From assembly GCA_964609835.1 (NCBI GenBank), contig CAZSTH010000001.1, positions 34,087-98,086 on the forward strand: 64,000 nucleotides of DNA, written 5' to 3'. The stretch is from an uncultured Thermoanaerobaculia bacterium (GTDB lineage: Bacteria > Acidobacteriota > Thermoanaerobaculia > Thermoanaerobaculales > Sulfomarinibacteraceae). Both the position numbers and the translations under genes were made by a program. This document shows, piece after piece, positions 50,515-59,660 of the stretch. Numbering within the stretch: the stretch's first letter is position 1; every line of letters begins with the position of its first letter. The notes beneath the pieces were generated by a model. That model was not told the origin of the DNA and ran no database searches. It worked only from the letters and a program-made list of their open reading frames with translations.

Positions 50515-53500
50515 ATGGGACCCCCCGAAGGTACCGAACCCACTTTCGAAGATCTCCGGGAACGGCCGCCGGCCGAAGCTGCCGGCGTCATCGCGCGCCA
50601 GCTGGTGGACGAAGACGCCCCACAGCGCCGGGACAGCCGACTGGTCGACCTCCTGGACGACCGCCGAGCCGGCGACCAGATCCTGGAGCACCTGCCGTTG
50701 GAGGCGCTGGAAACCCTGGCTCGGCGGTGTGCGGGGCGGTTGGATCCGTCGAGTCCGGAGCCGTCGAGCAACGCCGTCGCATGGCAGCTGCTGGACGTCC
50801 TCCGAAGGCGGGAGGTGCTGGTCCGGATCGCCGCGGACGGGACCGTCGACAGCTGGGCGGAGCTGCTGCTCGAGCTGGTGGAACGGTCGCACTTCACCTT
50901 CGCGCGCCTCTTCCAGCAGCGTGCCGCGGGCTACGGCGAGCGGCCCCTCTTCGAGCTTCCCGCCAACGGCGGCAGCCGCAAGGTCAGCTGGCGGCAAGCC
51001 TCGGGACGGGTCGACCTGATCGCCCGATCTCTGCTCGCGCTCACCGCAGCCACCGGACAGCAGCCGGTGGGCATCCTGTCCCGGAACCGGCTCGACATGG
51101 CGCTCGTCGATCTCGCCTGCCTGACCAGCGGCATCGTCAATGTCGTGGTACCGGCCAATGCGACCGAGACCGACGTCGCATTCATCCTCGAACACGCCGA
51201 TGTCGGTGCCGTCGTGGTCTCCGACCGCGAGCAGGTCCAGAAGATCCTCAACGTTCGTGATCGGCTGCCACGGCTGGGACCGTTGGTGGCCCTCGACCCC
51301 GCGGCGGCCGGGCGTCACGGCGCGATCGCCTTCGAGCAGCTGATGGCAAGATCGTCGGAGGTGGCACCGGAGCAGCTCGAGGAGCGCCGGAGCGCGCAGC
51401 GCGTCGACGACCTGGCGACCGTCATGTACACCTCGGGAACCACCGGCACCCCAAAGGGCATCTGCTTCACCCAGCGCAACATCGTGTCCAAGCGCTTCGC
51501 GCGGGCGCTCGCGCTGCCGGAGATCGGCGAGGGCGACCGCTTCCTCTGTTATCTACCGCTCTTCCACACCTTCGGCCGATTCCTCGAGATGACCGGCTGC
51601 GTGTTCTGGGGCGCCACCTACTGCTTCGCAGACGATCCGAGTGTCGAGACCCTGACGCGGCAGATGCGTGGCCTGGGCACCACGGTCTTCATCAGCGTGC
51701 CGATGAAGTGGATGCAGCTCTACGATCTCGTGCGGCAGAGCGTGGATGTGGTGGCGGCAACCGACGACGAGATCCGGACCGCCCTGCGCGAGGTGACCGG
51801 ACCCGCACTGCGTTGGGGCCTGTCCGCCGCCGGCTACCTCGACCCTGAGGTCTTCCACTTCTTCCAGCGCAACGGTGTCGAGCTGATGAGCGGCTTCGGC
51901 ATGACCGAAGCCACCGGCGGCATCACCATGACCCCGCCCGGGCACTACAAGGACGACTCGCTCGGGCCCGCGCTTCCCGGCGTCGAAACCGACCTCGCGG
52001 CCGACGGGGAGATGGTGATCCGCGGCCCGTATGTGATGCGCGGCTACCTCGACCCTCCGGACGGAGTGCCGTCCTTCGACGACCGCGGCTGGTTCCATAC
52101 CGGCGACCTCATGGAGCGCGACGAGGACGGCTACTACCGGATCGTCGACCGCAAAAAGGAGATCTACAAGAACATCCACGGCGAGACCATCGCCCCGCAG
52201 AAGATCGAGAACCTCTTCCGGGACTTCGACTCGGTGGGCAGGGTCTTCCTCGTCGGCGACCACCGTCCCTACAACACGGCCCTCGTCTATCCCAACCCTG
52301 AGTTCGAGGAGATCGACCTGGCGTCGCTTTCGCCCAATGATCTGAAGGACCACTTCAGGTCGTTGGTGGTGAGCGCCAACTCCTTCCTGGCGCCGTACGA
52401 GCGGATCATCGACTTCGCCATCATCGACCGCGACTTCGACGCCGACCGCGGCGAACTCACGCCCAAGGGCACCTACCGGCGCAAGAACATCGAGCGCGCC
52501 TTTTCCGACCGCATCAGCCTCCTCTACCGGCGCCGCACGCTGACGGTCGGCGGCGCGAACGTGGTGGTGCCCAACTGGTTCTTCCAGGCGCTGGGCATGA
52601 CGGCCCAGGATCTCATCGTCGACGGTGACGAGCTTCGGCTGCGGTCCGAGGGCACCACGCTGGCCATCCGCGCCGAGGGCGAGGGCGCGGTCAGGGTCGG
52701 CTCGGTGGTCTACACCCTGCAGCAGAAGGCCGTCGACCTCGGTCATCTCCTCTCGATTCCCCGCCTGTGGCTCGGCAACGAGGCGCTGGTTGGCTTCGCA
52801 CCGCTCGCCCCCGAGCAGCGCAACCGCCGCCGGCGGCGGCGGGTGTCCGCAGAATGGCTGCGGCGCACCAGTCCCTATCGCGCGAGAACCGCCGACGGTG
52901 ACGCCATCTCCGCGCTGATGAGGCGCCAGGAGGCGGAGCTCCGCGACGTCCACCAGGCCGCGCTCCTGCTGGCGAGCGACGACGAGGGGGTGGCGGTGCA
53001 GGCGGTCAGGATCCTTGACCACCTCCTTCACATCGACGACAGCGGGCTCAACGATTTCACGCTCAGGATCCTGCGGCGAGCGGCGGACTCACCGCTTGGC
53101 CGCGTCCGCCAGCGTGCCTTCCAGGTCCTGGCGTCGGTGGAGCTCGACTCCCGGTACCGGAACACACTGGCTCGCTTCTTCGACAACGGCCACAACGTCC
53201 TCGATGCCGAGACCATCTCGGTGCTCGTCGACCGCGACCTCACCTCCCACCAGATCGAATGCTTCATCGCCGAGGCCGAGTCGCGGTGGATCCGCGGCGC
53301 CGGCGGCGGCGCCGACTACGACGTCGTCCGCGCCATGTGTGCCTTTCTCGCCCGTTACGGTGCGGCACATCCGAGCCAGTATCGCCGCCTCCGAGGCTTC
53401 TTCACGCGATCGATGATGATCGCCTCCGACCAAACCGCTCGGGACATGGCGGCGGCCGGCAAGCGCGAGCTCGCCGACGGCTTCCGGCTGTGGCTCGGCG

Positions 53501-55269
53501 CCCCGTCCCGGGTCGCGGTCGACCCCGAGACCGACCTCGAGTACCGCTGGGAAGACGTCGTCGAGTTCTCTGACGAGGTGGACACCGAAACCAGGGACCG
53601 GATCCTCGACGCCTTGCGGACCACGCCGGTGTTGCGCGAGGCTTCGTTCCTGATCGGCACCGCTGCGCGACCGGTTCGGCTCGAGGACATCCTCCCTGGC
53701 GGCGTCTGGGTCCGCCTCCTCGGCACCTCTCACGGCAAGTCGGTCTATCGAGTCGCCGTGCGAACCCGCGACCGGGAGCAGTTCGACCTCGCCCTCAACC
53801 TCAACCACGACCTCTCTCCCGACGACGTTCAGGAGGAGATCAACTGGCTGATCGTCTGCAGCGAAAGCAACGGGCGCGGCCCCTTGGTGGAGGTCTTCGG
53901 CGGGTGGTGGCACGAACATCATCTGTGGACCGAGGAGTTCATTCCCGGAGAGACGCTCGACAGGGCGCTGGCGCGGCTCGCGCGCAAGCATGCCGAACAG
54001 CCGGAGCGGATGACCCTGTGGTGGCCCTTCGCAGCCTGGGCGGCCGTCAGCGCCTACGTCGACTTCTGGAACCGCACCGGGCGTCGCCTGGTGGTGGCGG
54101 ATCCCTCGCCTGCGAACGTCATTGTCCCGCTGCACGACTACCACACCGGAGCGCGGCTGGTGTCGATCTCCTCGCGCGCTCCCTTCGACTCCCTTCCGAC
54201 CATGCTGCGGAGCTTCCAACACCATTTCATCGCGCCGGCCGAGGCGGCTCACCCGGAGCTTCGGGGCCTCGCCGGGTGGCAGGTCCTGTTCTCGGCGGTG
54301 CTCGAGGTGATCGGCGTCGAGGGCGGCGCCGCCGAGCTGCGGGCGGTCCTCGAAGCCTCAACCAGCGAGGATGCCGAGATGGCAGCCAGCCTCGAGGAGT
54401 TCCTGAGCGCGGTCGGAAAGCGCGGCTTCCTGCCGCGGAGGCTCTTCTTCGCTGCCAAGCGATACCACCGCTGGGAGGAGCTCAACCCCGACGCCACCTT
54501 GAGCGCTCGCGCGAGGACCCTCCAGGAGATCTACCAGACCTACGACCTCGGCGAGCTGGACGCAGTTTTACCGGAGGCGAGAGCGCGCTTCTTCCGCGAG
54601 ACCGTGCTGCAGAACGCCTGCGGCGAGCTGGTGGCCGGGCTCGAGGAGCTGATCAGCCGGCTCCGCTGTGCCGAGCTCGCTCGGGACGAGATGAGCGCCG
54701 CGGTTGCCGACCTGCGCGCCCACCTCTCGCTCGCGCCGGAGGAGGACTACTTCCTCGCCCGCCTCTCCTATCCCCATCTCCGCCCGGACGACGAGGCCGA
54801 GTACGTCGAGGCGGCAGCCGGGGGCATCCAGCAGAGCGAGATGGTGGTCACGCACGAGGACTCCGAAGGCATGCGCTATCAGATCCGCCACGCCCTCAGC
54901 GCCAAGGAGGTGGGGCGCCTCCACCGGCTGTTCCTGACCGCCAAGCTGCCAGTCCAGTTCCGGCCGGAGCATCGTTTTCTGGTCGCCATCAGCGATCGCG
55001 GTAACCTCATCGGCGGGCTGTTTTACGAGCTCGAACCCGAGGCTCAAACCGCCCACATGGACAAGATCGTGGTCGCCGACGCGTTCCACGGGCGGGGCAT
55101 CGCTGCCAATTTGCTGGAGGAGCTCAAGCACCGGCTTCGAACCGGCGGGTGCGGCGCGCTAACCACGGGCTTCTTCCGCCCTCAGTTCTTCTACCGGATG
55201 GGTTTTAGCGTCGAGCGCCGCTACGCCGGGCTGTACCTCTCGCTGGTGGACGGCGGCGGGGAGGGGTGA
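50515..55269 (+). CDS. 1584-aa multidomain protein: acyl-adenylate-forming ligase (FACL-like) / helical and kinase-like middle region / C-terminal GNAT acyltransferase
   Basis: AMP-binding motifs MYTSGTTGTPKG, GFGMTEATG, GWFHTGDL and DRKKEIYK in the first ~690 aa. The middle contains EEFIPGETLD...VVADPSPANVIVP, resembling ABC1/UbiB-type kinases. The end has VADAFHGRGIAANLLEELK...MGF (GNAT). Confidence 0.85.
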   Translation: MGPPEGTEPTFEDLRERPPAEAAGVIARQLVDEDAPQRRDSRLVDLLDDRRAGDQILEHLPLEALETLARRCAGRLDPSSPEPSSNAVAWQLLDVLRRREVLVRIAADGTVDSWAELLLELVERSHFTFARLFQQRAAGYGERPLFELPANGGSRKVSWRQASGRVDLIARSLLALTAATGQQPVGILSRNRLDMALVDLACLTSGIVNVVVPANATETDVAFILEHADVGAVVVSDREQVQKILNVRDRLPRLGPLVALDPAAAGRHGAIAFEQLMARSSEVAPEQLEERRSAQRVDDLATVMYTSGTTGTPKGICFTQRNIVSKRFARALALPEIGEGDRFLCYLPLFHTFGRFLEMTGCVFWGATYCFADDPSVETLTRQMRGLGTTVFISVPMKWMQLYDLVRQSVDVVAATDDEIRTALREVTGPALRWGLSAAGYLDPEVFHFFQRNGVELMSGFGMTEATGGITMTPPGHYKDDSLGPALPGVETDLAADGEMVIRGPYVMRGYLDPPDGVPSFDDRGWFHTGDLMERDEDGYYRIVDRKKEIYKNIHGETIAPQKIENLFRDFDSVGRVFLVGDHRPYNTALVYPNPEFEEIDLASLSPNDLKDHFRSLVVSANSFLAPYERIIDFAIIDRDFDADRGELTPKGTYRRKNIERAFSDRISLLYRRRTLTVGGANVVVPNWFFQALGMTAQDLIVDGDELRLRSEGTTLAIRAEGEGAVRVGSVVYTLQQKAVDLGHLLSIPRLWLGNEALVGFAPLAPEQRNRRRRRRVSAEWLRRTSPYRARTADGDAISALMRRQEAELRDVHQAALLLASDDEGVAVQAVRILDHLLHIDDSGLNDFTLRILRRAADSPLGRVRQRAFQVLASVELDSRYRNTLARFFDNGHNVLDAETISVLVDRDLTSHQIECFIAEAESRWIRGAGGGADYDVVRAMCAFLARYGAAHPSQYRRLRGFFTRSMMIASDQTARDMAAAGKRELADGFRLWLGAPSRVAVDPETDLEYRWEDVVEFSDEVDTETRDRILDALRTTPVLREASFLIGTAARPVRLEDILPGGVWVRLLGTSHGKSVYRVAVRTRDREQFDLALNLNHDLSPDDVQEEINWLIVCSESNGRGPLVEVFGGWWHEHHLWTEEFIPGETLDRALARLARKHAEQPERMTLWWPFAAWAAVSAYVDFWNRTGRRLVVADPSPANVIVPLHDYHTGARLVSISSRAPFDSLPTMLRSFQHHFIAPAEAAHPELRGLAGWQVLFSAVLEVIGVEGGAAELRAVLEASTSEDAEMAASLEEFLSAVGKRGFLPRRLFFAAKRYHRWEELNPDATLSARARTLQEIYQTYDLGELDAVLPEARARFFRETVLQNACGELVAGLEELISRLRCAELARDEMSAAVADLRAHLSLAPEEDYFLARLSYPHLRPDDEAEYVEAAAGGIQQSEMVVTHEDSEGMRYQIRHALSAKEVGRLHRLFLTAKLPVQFRPEHRFLVAISDRGNLIGGLFYELEPEAQTAHMDKIVVADAFHGRGIAANLLEELKHRLRTGGCGALTTGFFRPQFFYRMGFSVERRYAGLYLSLVDGGGEG

Positions 55270-56144
55270 TGTCCGGAATCACGATCCGACGTGCGGGAAG
55301 GCTCTTCGATAGCCTCGAGAGCCGGTGGCTGAAGATGGCGACCCAGCGCCGGATCGCGTCGTCGCTGGTGGTGGCCTTCGTGATCGCCCTGCTGCTGGTG
55401 GAGCTGCGGCGTCTCGGCCCGCTCCCGGCGACGATGGAGCGCTGGCTGCCGAGCAACCACTTCGAGGCGATCCTGGTGCCCTTCACTCTGCTGCTGCTCG
55501 CGGAGGTCGTGTCGCTGGTCTTCGCGCTCGCCCAGTCGGTGGCGATGGCTGTCGGCAAGCAGCTGGAGATCATGTCGCTGATTCTGATCCGTCAGTCATT
55601 CAAGGAGCTCACCTTTCTCCCCGAGCCGATCGTGTGGGATCTCTCCTCGGCGGAGGTCACCCGCCGAGTGCTCTACATTCTCTCGGACTCCGCCGGCGCC
55701 CTCGTGATCTTCGGGCTGCTGGTGGTCTACTTCAGGCTCCAGGCCCACCAACCCATCTCGCAGGACCCCGACGAGCGCTCGAGCTTCGTAGGCGCCAAGA
55801 AGCTGATCGCGCTGGTGTTGCTTGCCAGCATCGTCGTCATCGGCGGCGAGGTTGTGTGGGCGTGGGTGGTCGGGGCCGGAGCTCCCTCGTTCTTCGAGAT
55901 CTTCTACACCGTGCTGATCTTCGCCGACGTCTTCATCGTCCTCACCTCGCTGCGCTACAGCGTCGCCTACGCCGTCGTCTTCCGCTACTTCGGCTTCGCG
56001 GTGGCGACCGTCCTGATCCGCCTCGCGCTCACCGCACCGCGCATCGTCGACGCCGGCCTCGGGGTGGCGGCAACCCTGTTCGCGATCGCGCTCACCTGGG
56101 TCTACAACAAGACCATGGCGGCGGTCGCGGAAGCCACCACCTGA
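55266..56144 (+). CDS. integral membrane protein of unknown function, translationally coupled to the giant ligase/GNAT gene
   Basis: The start (GTG 55266 or ATG 55269) overlaps stop TGA 55267..55269. About 6 TM segments. No family recognised. Confidence 0.7.
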   Translation: MMSGITIRRAGRLFDSLESRWLKMATQRRIASSLVVAFVIALLLVELRRLGPLPATMERWLPSNHFEAILVPFTLLLLAEVVSLVFALAQSVAMAVGKQLEIMSLILIRQSFKELTFLPEPIVWDLSSAEVTRRVLYILSDSAGALVIFGLLVVYFRLQAHQPISQDPDERSSFVGAKKLIALVLLASIVVIGGEVVWAWVVGAGAPSFFEIFYTVLIFADVFIVLTSLRYSVAYAVVFRYFGFAVATVLIRLALTAPRIVDAGLGVAATLFAIALTWVYNKTMAAVAEATT

Positions 56145-56224
56145 AATCCTCGTCAACTCCGTTTCCGCGGCCGCCGTCTGCGGCCGCGGAAATCGACAGC
56201 CGGTGACCCGGCGAGCACAATCGC

Positions 56225-59200
56225 CTACCGATAACCGAACAGCATGGTGTAGACGATCAGCGCGATCAGGGTCAGGCCGATGCCGAGCGCCGTGAAGCCG
56301 ATGATCCTGGCGGCGCGCGCCAGTCCGGGATGGGCGGGCCCGGCGATCCGCTCCTCGAGCTGCTCGGGAGTCGCCCGGCCGATGAACTCGTCATACTCGG
56401 CAGGCTTGTCGTGCTTGAGCTCCTCGACGCCGACCCGACCGGTGAAGATCACCGGGTCCATCGGGAACTTGTCCGGGCGGAAGTGCGTGTTGAAGAAGTG
56501 GATGGTGAAGATGAAGGCGACCGCCAGCAGGGCCTCGTCGGAGTGGATGATGGTGGCGACGTTGATCGCCCAACCCGGCAAAACGATGGTGAAGAGCTCG
56601 GGGAACCACAGCACGAGGCCGGTGGAACCGATCACGAAAACGCCCCAGAAGACCGCAAAGTAGTCGAACTTCTCCCAGTAGGTGTAGCGCCCGTAGACCG
56701 GTCGCGGACCGCGGCCGAAGAACCAGCGAATCGACTCGAAGACCTGACGGATGTCGGTGAAGTTGAACATCAACGAGTTTTTGTCGAAGATGAAACCGAA
56801 CAGGCCCTTGCCCGAGCCGCGGAAGCCGTGCCACAGCTGGCGCAGGTGGTAGAGGAAGAGCACCGACAGGACGACGGCGCCGATGCGGTGCAGCAGCGCC
56901 ATGGTGTCGAAGCCCCCGAACAGCTGCGAAACGACCATCGCCCAGCCCATGTACGAGAACTTGAGCGCCATGCCGGTCAGCGCGAGCGTGAAGAAGCTGA
57001 CGATCATCACGAAGTGCATGATGCGCTGGGTGAGCGAGAAGCGGCGGTAGAAGCGGGTCTCTGCGGCATTCTTGTGGGCGATCCACTGCTCCTTCGTTCG
57101 CCACAGCCGGAACAGCCACAACATCGTGTGGAGGATGGCGAAGCTCAAGGTCCCCACCAGCAGCGTGGTCATGAAGATGAACGTCCAGTACAGGAACGGG
57201 TACTTGTCCTTGTCGTGGTGGGTCGCGTGGGTCAGGTAGCCCGCGAACTGGCGATGGGCCTTGGGGTGGCAGGTGGCGCAGGTCGCGACCACGTTCCAGT
57301 GGCTGAGGGTGGACTCGGGATCGTCCGACGGCAGGATGTTGTGGGTGCCGTGGCAGTCGTAGCACTTGGCCGCACCCTCGGAGCCGAGTTGCGTGATCTT
57401 GCCGTGATGGGTGTCGAAGAAGGTCTCGGCGAAGTCCTCGTGGCATTGACCGCACTGGTTCATCATCATGAAGCGGAAGCCCTGAGCATCGACCCGCGTG
57501 ATCTCGTGCGACATGTGGCAGCTCTCGCAGGTGGGTAGCTGCTCGGTCGTCGTGACGTTGTCAGGCCAGTGGATCGAGGCACGAAACTCCTCCTCGATCC
57601 CCTTGTGGCAGGCGCCGCATGTGGAGGTGATGTTGGCGGGGTTGACCGACGAGCCGGGATCGTCCTGCGGCAGCGCGGTGTGCGCAGTGTGGCAATCGAC
57701 GCAGCTCGCCGACACCACCAGGCCGCTGCCGATCAGTCCCCGTCCGTGCGTGCTTTCGAGATAGGTCTCGAAGATGTCGCGGTCGTCGCCAAGCCGCTCG
57801 GCCGCCGCCTTTCCGGCAGCGTGGCAGGCCCCGCACAATTCGGGGACGTTGCGGGCGTAGGTCGGCGAGGTCGGCAGCCGGTAGCCGGTCGTCGCGTGGG
57901 AGTCGCCGTGGCAGCTCTCGCAGGTCGGCGCGTCGGCGTCGCCGGCCGCCGCGAGCTGGCCGTGGCGGCTGAGGTCGTGCTCCTGCACCTGCTGCGCGTG
58001 GCAGATCGCGCAGTCCACCGGTGATTCGATGGTTGCGCACGCGCGCTCCGGGTGGCCGGGCGCCACCTCGGTGTGGCATTGGGCGCAGGCGACGGCGGCA
58101 TGCTCCGACAAGCCCAGGACCTCCTGGTCGATGAAGAGCGACACCGTGGTGCCGTCGCGAATCGTTTCCAGCTCCGGGTTCCCGTGGCACTCGAGGCAGC
58201 GCCGCGAGCTCGCCTCCCGCGGCGAGATCGGACGGCGACGGATCTTGTGCGGCTGGTGGCACTCGACGCACGACGGGATCTTGTGGGGCTCCTCCTCCCA
58301 CAGCCGTCCCTCGACGACCTTGACGTGGACCTCCTCGATCCTCGCGTGGCACTGCATGCACATCCCGGCCACGTTCTCGCGGGCGATCGACGACGCCGGG
58401 TTGTTGTGGTCGAGAATGTCGTGGGCGGTGTGGCACGAGGTGCAGACCGCGGTCACCGTCAGACCCTTCTCGAACAACGCCTCGCCGTGGACCGACATCG
58501 AGAAGTTCTCGAGGATCCGGTCCTGCGGGATCTCGTGCTGCAGCGACACCTCGGTGCCCTCGCGATGGCAGCGGCCGCACAGCAGCGGCACGTTGACCAC
58601 GTTGGTGGGTGCCTGCGGATCCGTGTGGGGCAGGATCGCGTGGTGGTCGTGGCAGATGATGCAGTTGGGGGCGACCGGATCGCCTTTGACCGCCGCGCGA
58701 CCGTGCAGCGACGCGCGGTTCTGCGCCGCCACCTCGGCGTGGCACTCTCCGCAGGCCTGGATCTGTGCCAGCGGTTCCACCGGCGCCACGACCTCGTGGC
58801 CGCTGTGGCAGTCGACACAGGTGGCCGCGGAGCGGCCGCTGACGACCTTCGCGTGGGGGCTGCGATCCACCTGTTGGAGAGCCCGGGCGTGACAGCGCGC
58901 GCACAGCGAGTCGACCCGGGAACCGTGGGTCCGCGCCTCGGTGTCCGAGGATGACCGCACGTCGTGGGTGCCGTGGCAGCTCGTGCACGCGGCGGCCGGC
59001 GAGGTCGGGTCCCGCGCCCAGCTCCGGTGCGGACCCGCGGCCAGCTCCGCCGCCATGTCGTCGTGGCACATGGCGCAATCCACCGCTTCCAGCTCCTCGC
59101 CGTGCGGCAGCTCCGCTCCGTCGAGCTCCATGTGGCAGTCGATGCACGCGAAGTCGGCGTGCACCGACGCGGCATAGCCGGCCGGATGAACGAAAACGGA

Positions 59201-59377
59201 GACCTCGGCGCCACCACGAAAGCCGGTCAGGTCGGGGTCTTCGTGGCACATCAAGCAGTCGTCGTTCTCCTGCGCGCGGACTGGGGAGACCCATCCGATG
59301 AGCACGATGCACGTCAACACCACGAACGCGCGGACCGCAGCCCCGTGGGGATTGATGCTGGCGCCTCGACCGATCAT
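56225..59377 (-). CDS. 23-haem c-type cytochrome fused to a C-terminal dihaem-type cytochrome b membrane domain (CbcL-like architecture)
   Basis: I counted 23 CxxCH motifs after a signal peptide (…WVSPVRA/QEND). The C-terminus has 5-6 TM segments with an FdnI/HydC-like pattern (RFSLTQRIMHF..LTG, LLHRIG, IIHSDEA, FTIHFFNTHF). Start set to ATG 59377, preceded by GGAGGAGGCGAGGAG; the ORF-track start is 59431. Confidence 0.9.
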   Translation of the reverse strand: MIGRGASINPHGAAVRAFVVLTCIVLIGWVSPVRAQENDDCLMCHEDPDLTGFRGGAEVSVFVHPAGYAASVHADFACIDCHMELDGAELPHGEELEAVDCAMCHDDMAAELAAGPHRSWARDPTSPAAACTSCHGTHDVRSSSDTEARTHGSRVDSLCARCHARALQQVDRSPHAKVVSGRSAATCVDCHSGHEVVAPVEPLAQIQACGECHAEVAAQNRASLHGRAAVKGDPVAPNCIICHDHHAILPHTDPQAPTNVVNVPLLCGRCHREGTEVSLQHEIPQDRILENFSMSVHGEALFEKGLTVTAVCTSCHTAHDILDHNNPASSIARENVAGMCMQCHARIEEVHVKVVEGRLWEEEPHKIPSCVECHQPHKIRRRPISPREASSRRCLECHGNPELETIRDGTTVSLFIDQEVLGLSEHAAVACAQCHTEVAPGHPERACATIESPVDCAICHAQQVQEHDLSRHGQLAAAGDADAPTCESCHGDSHATTGYRLPTSPTYARNVPELCGACHAAGKAAAERLGDDRDIFETYLESTHGRGLIGSGLVVSASCVDCHTAHTALPQDDPGSSVNPANITSTCGACHKGIEEEFRASIHWPDNVTTTEQLPTCESCHMSHEITRVDAQGFRFMMMNQCGQCHEDFAETFFDTHHGKITQLGSEGAAKCYDCHGTHNILPSDDPESTLSHWNVVATCATCHPKAHRQFAGYLTHATHHDKDKYPFLYWTFIFMTTLLVGTLSFAILHTMLWLFRLWRTKEQWIAHKNAAETRFYRRFSLTQRIMHFVMIVSFFTLALTGMALKFSYMGWAMVVSQLFGGFDTMALLHRIGAVVLSVLFLYHLRQLWHGFRGSGKGLFGFIFDKNSLMFNFTDIRQVFESIRWFFGRGPRPVYGRYTYWEKFDYFAVFWGVFVIGSTGLVLWFPELFTIVLPGWAINVATIIHSDEALLAVAFIFTIHFFNTHFRPDKFPMDPVIFTGRVGVEELKHDKPAEYDEFIGRATPEQLEERIAGPAHPGLARAARIIGFTALGIGLTLIALIVYTMLFGYR

Positions 59378-59418
59378 CTCCTCGCCTCCTCCGCGCCCGA
59401 TCCCTCGAGCTCCCGCCG

Positions 59419-59447
59419 AATGTATCTTCATGTGACGAATTATTCAA
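59419..59447 (-). promoter_or_regulatory. putative sigma-70-type promoter TTGAAT-17-TACATT for the 23-haem gene
   Basis: On the minus strand the -35 is at 59447..59442 and the -10 at 59424..59419, in the most AT-rich stretch of the divergent intergenic region. Confidence 0.35.
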
Positions 59448-59660
59448 GTTTGTCGTTTGCGGCGAATTGAGATAAAGACTCTTTTCAATAACCGGTTCCT
59501 GAGCCTCCGGGACGCTTTCGCGATCAGGGACCGTGTCGGGCGGCGTTCGATCGCCGATCCTGGACCCTCGCCACCGGTTCCACAGGGCGGTCTGGTCCAC
59601 GCGGCACCGGTGATGGTATTCTCCGGTCACGGTCGAGCAAATGTGCAAGGGAGAGCCGTC

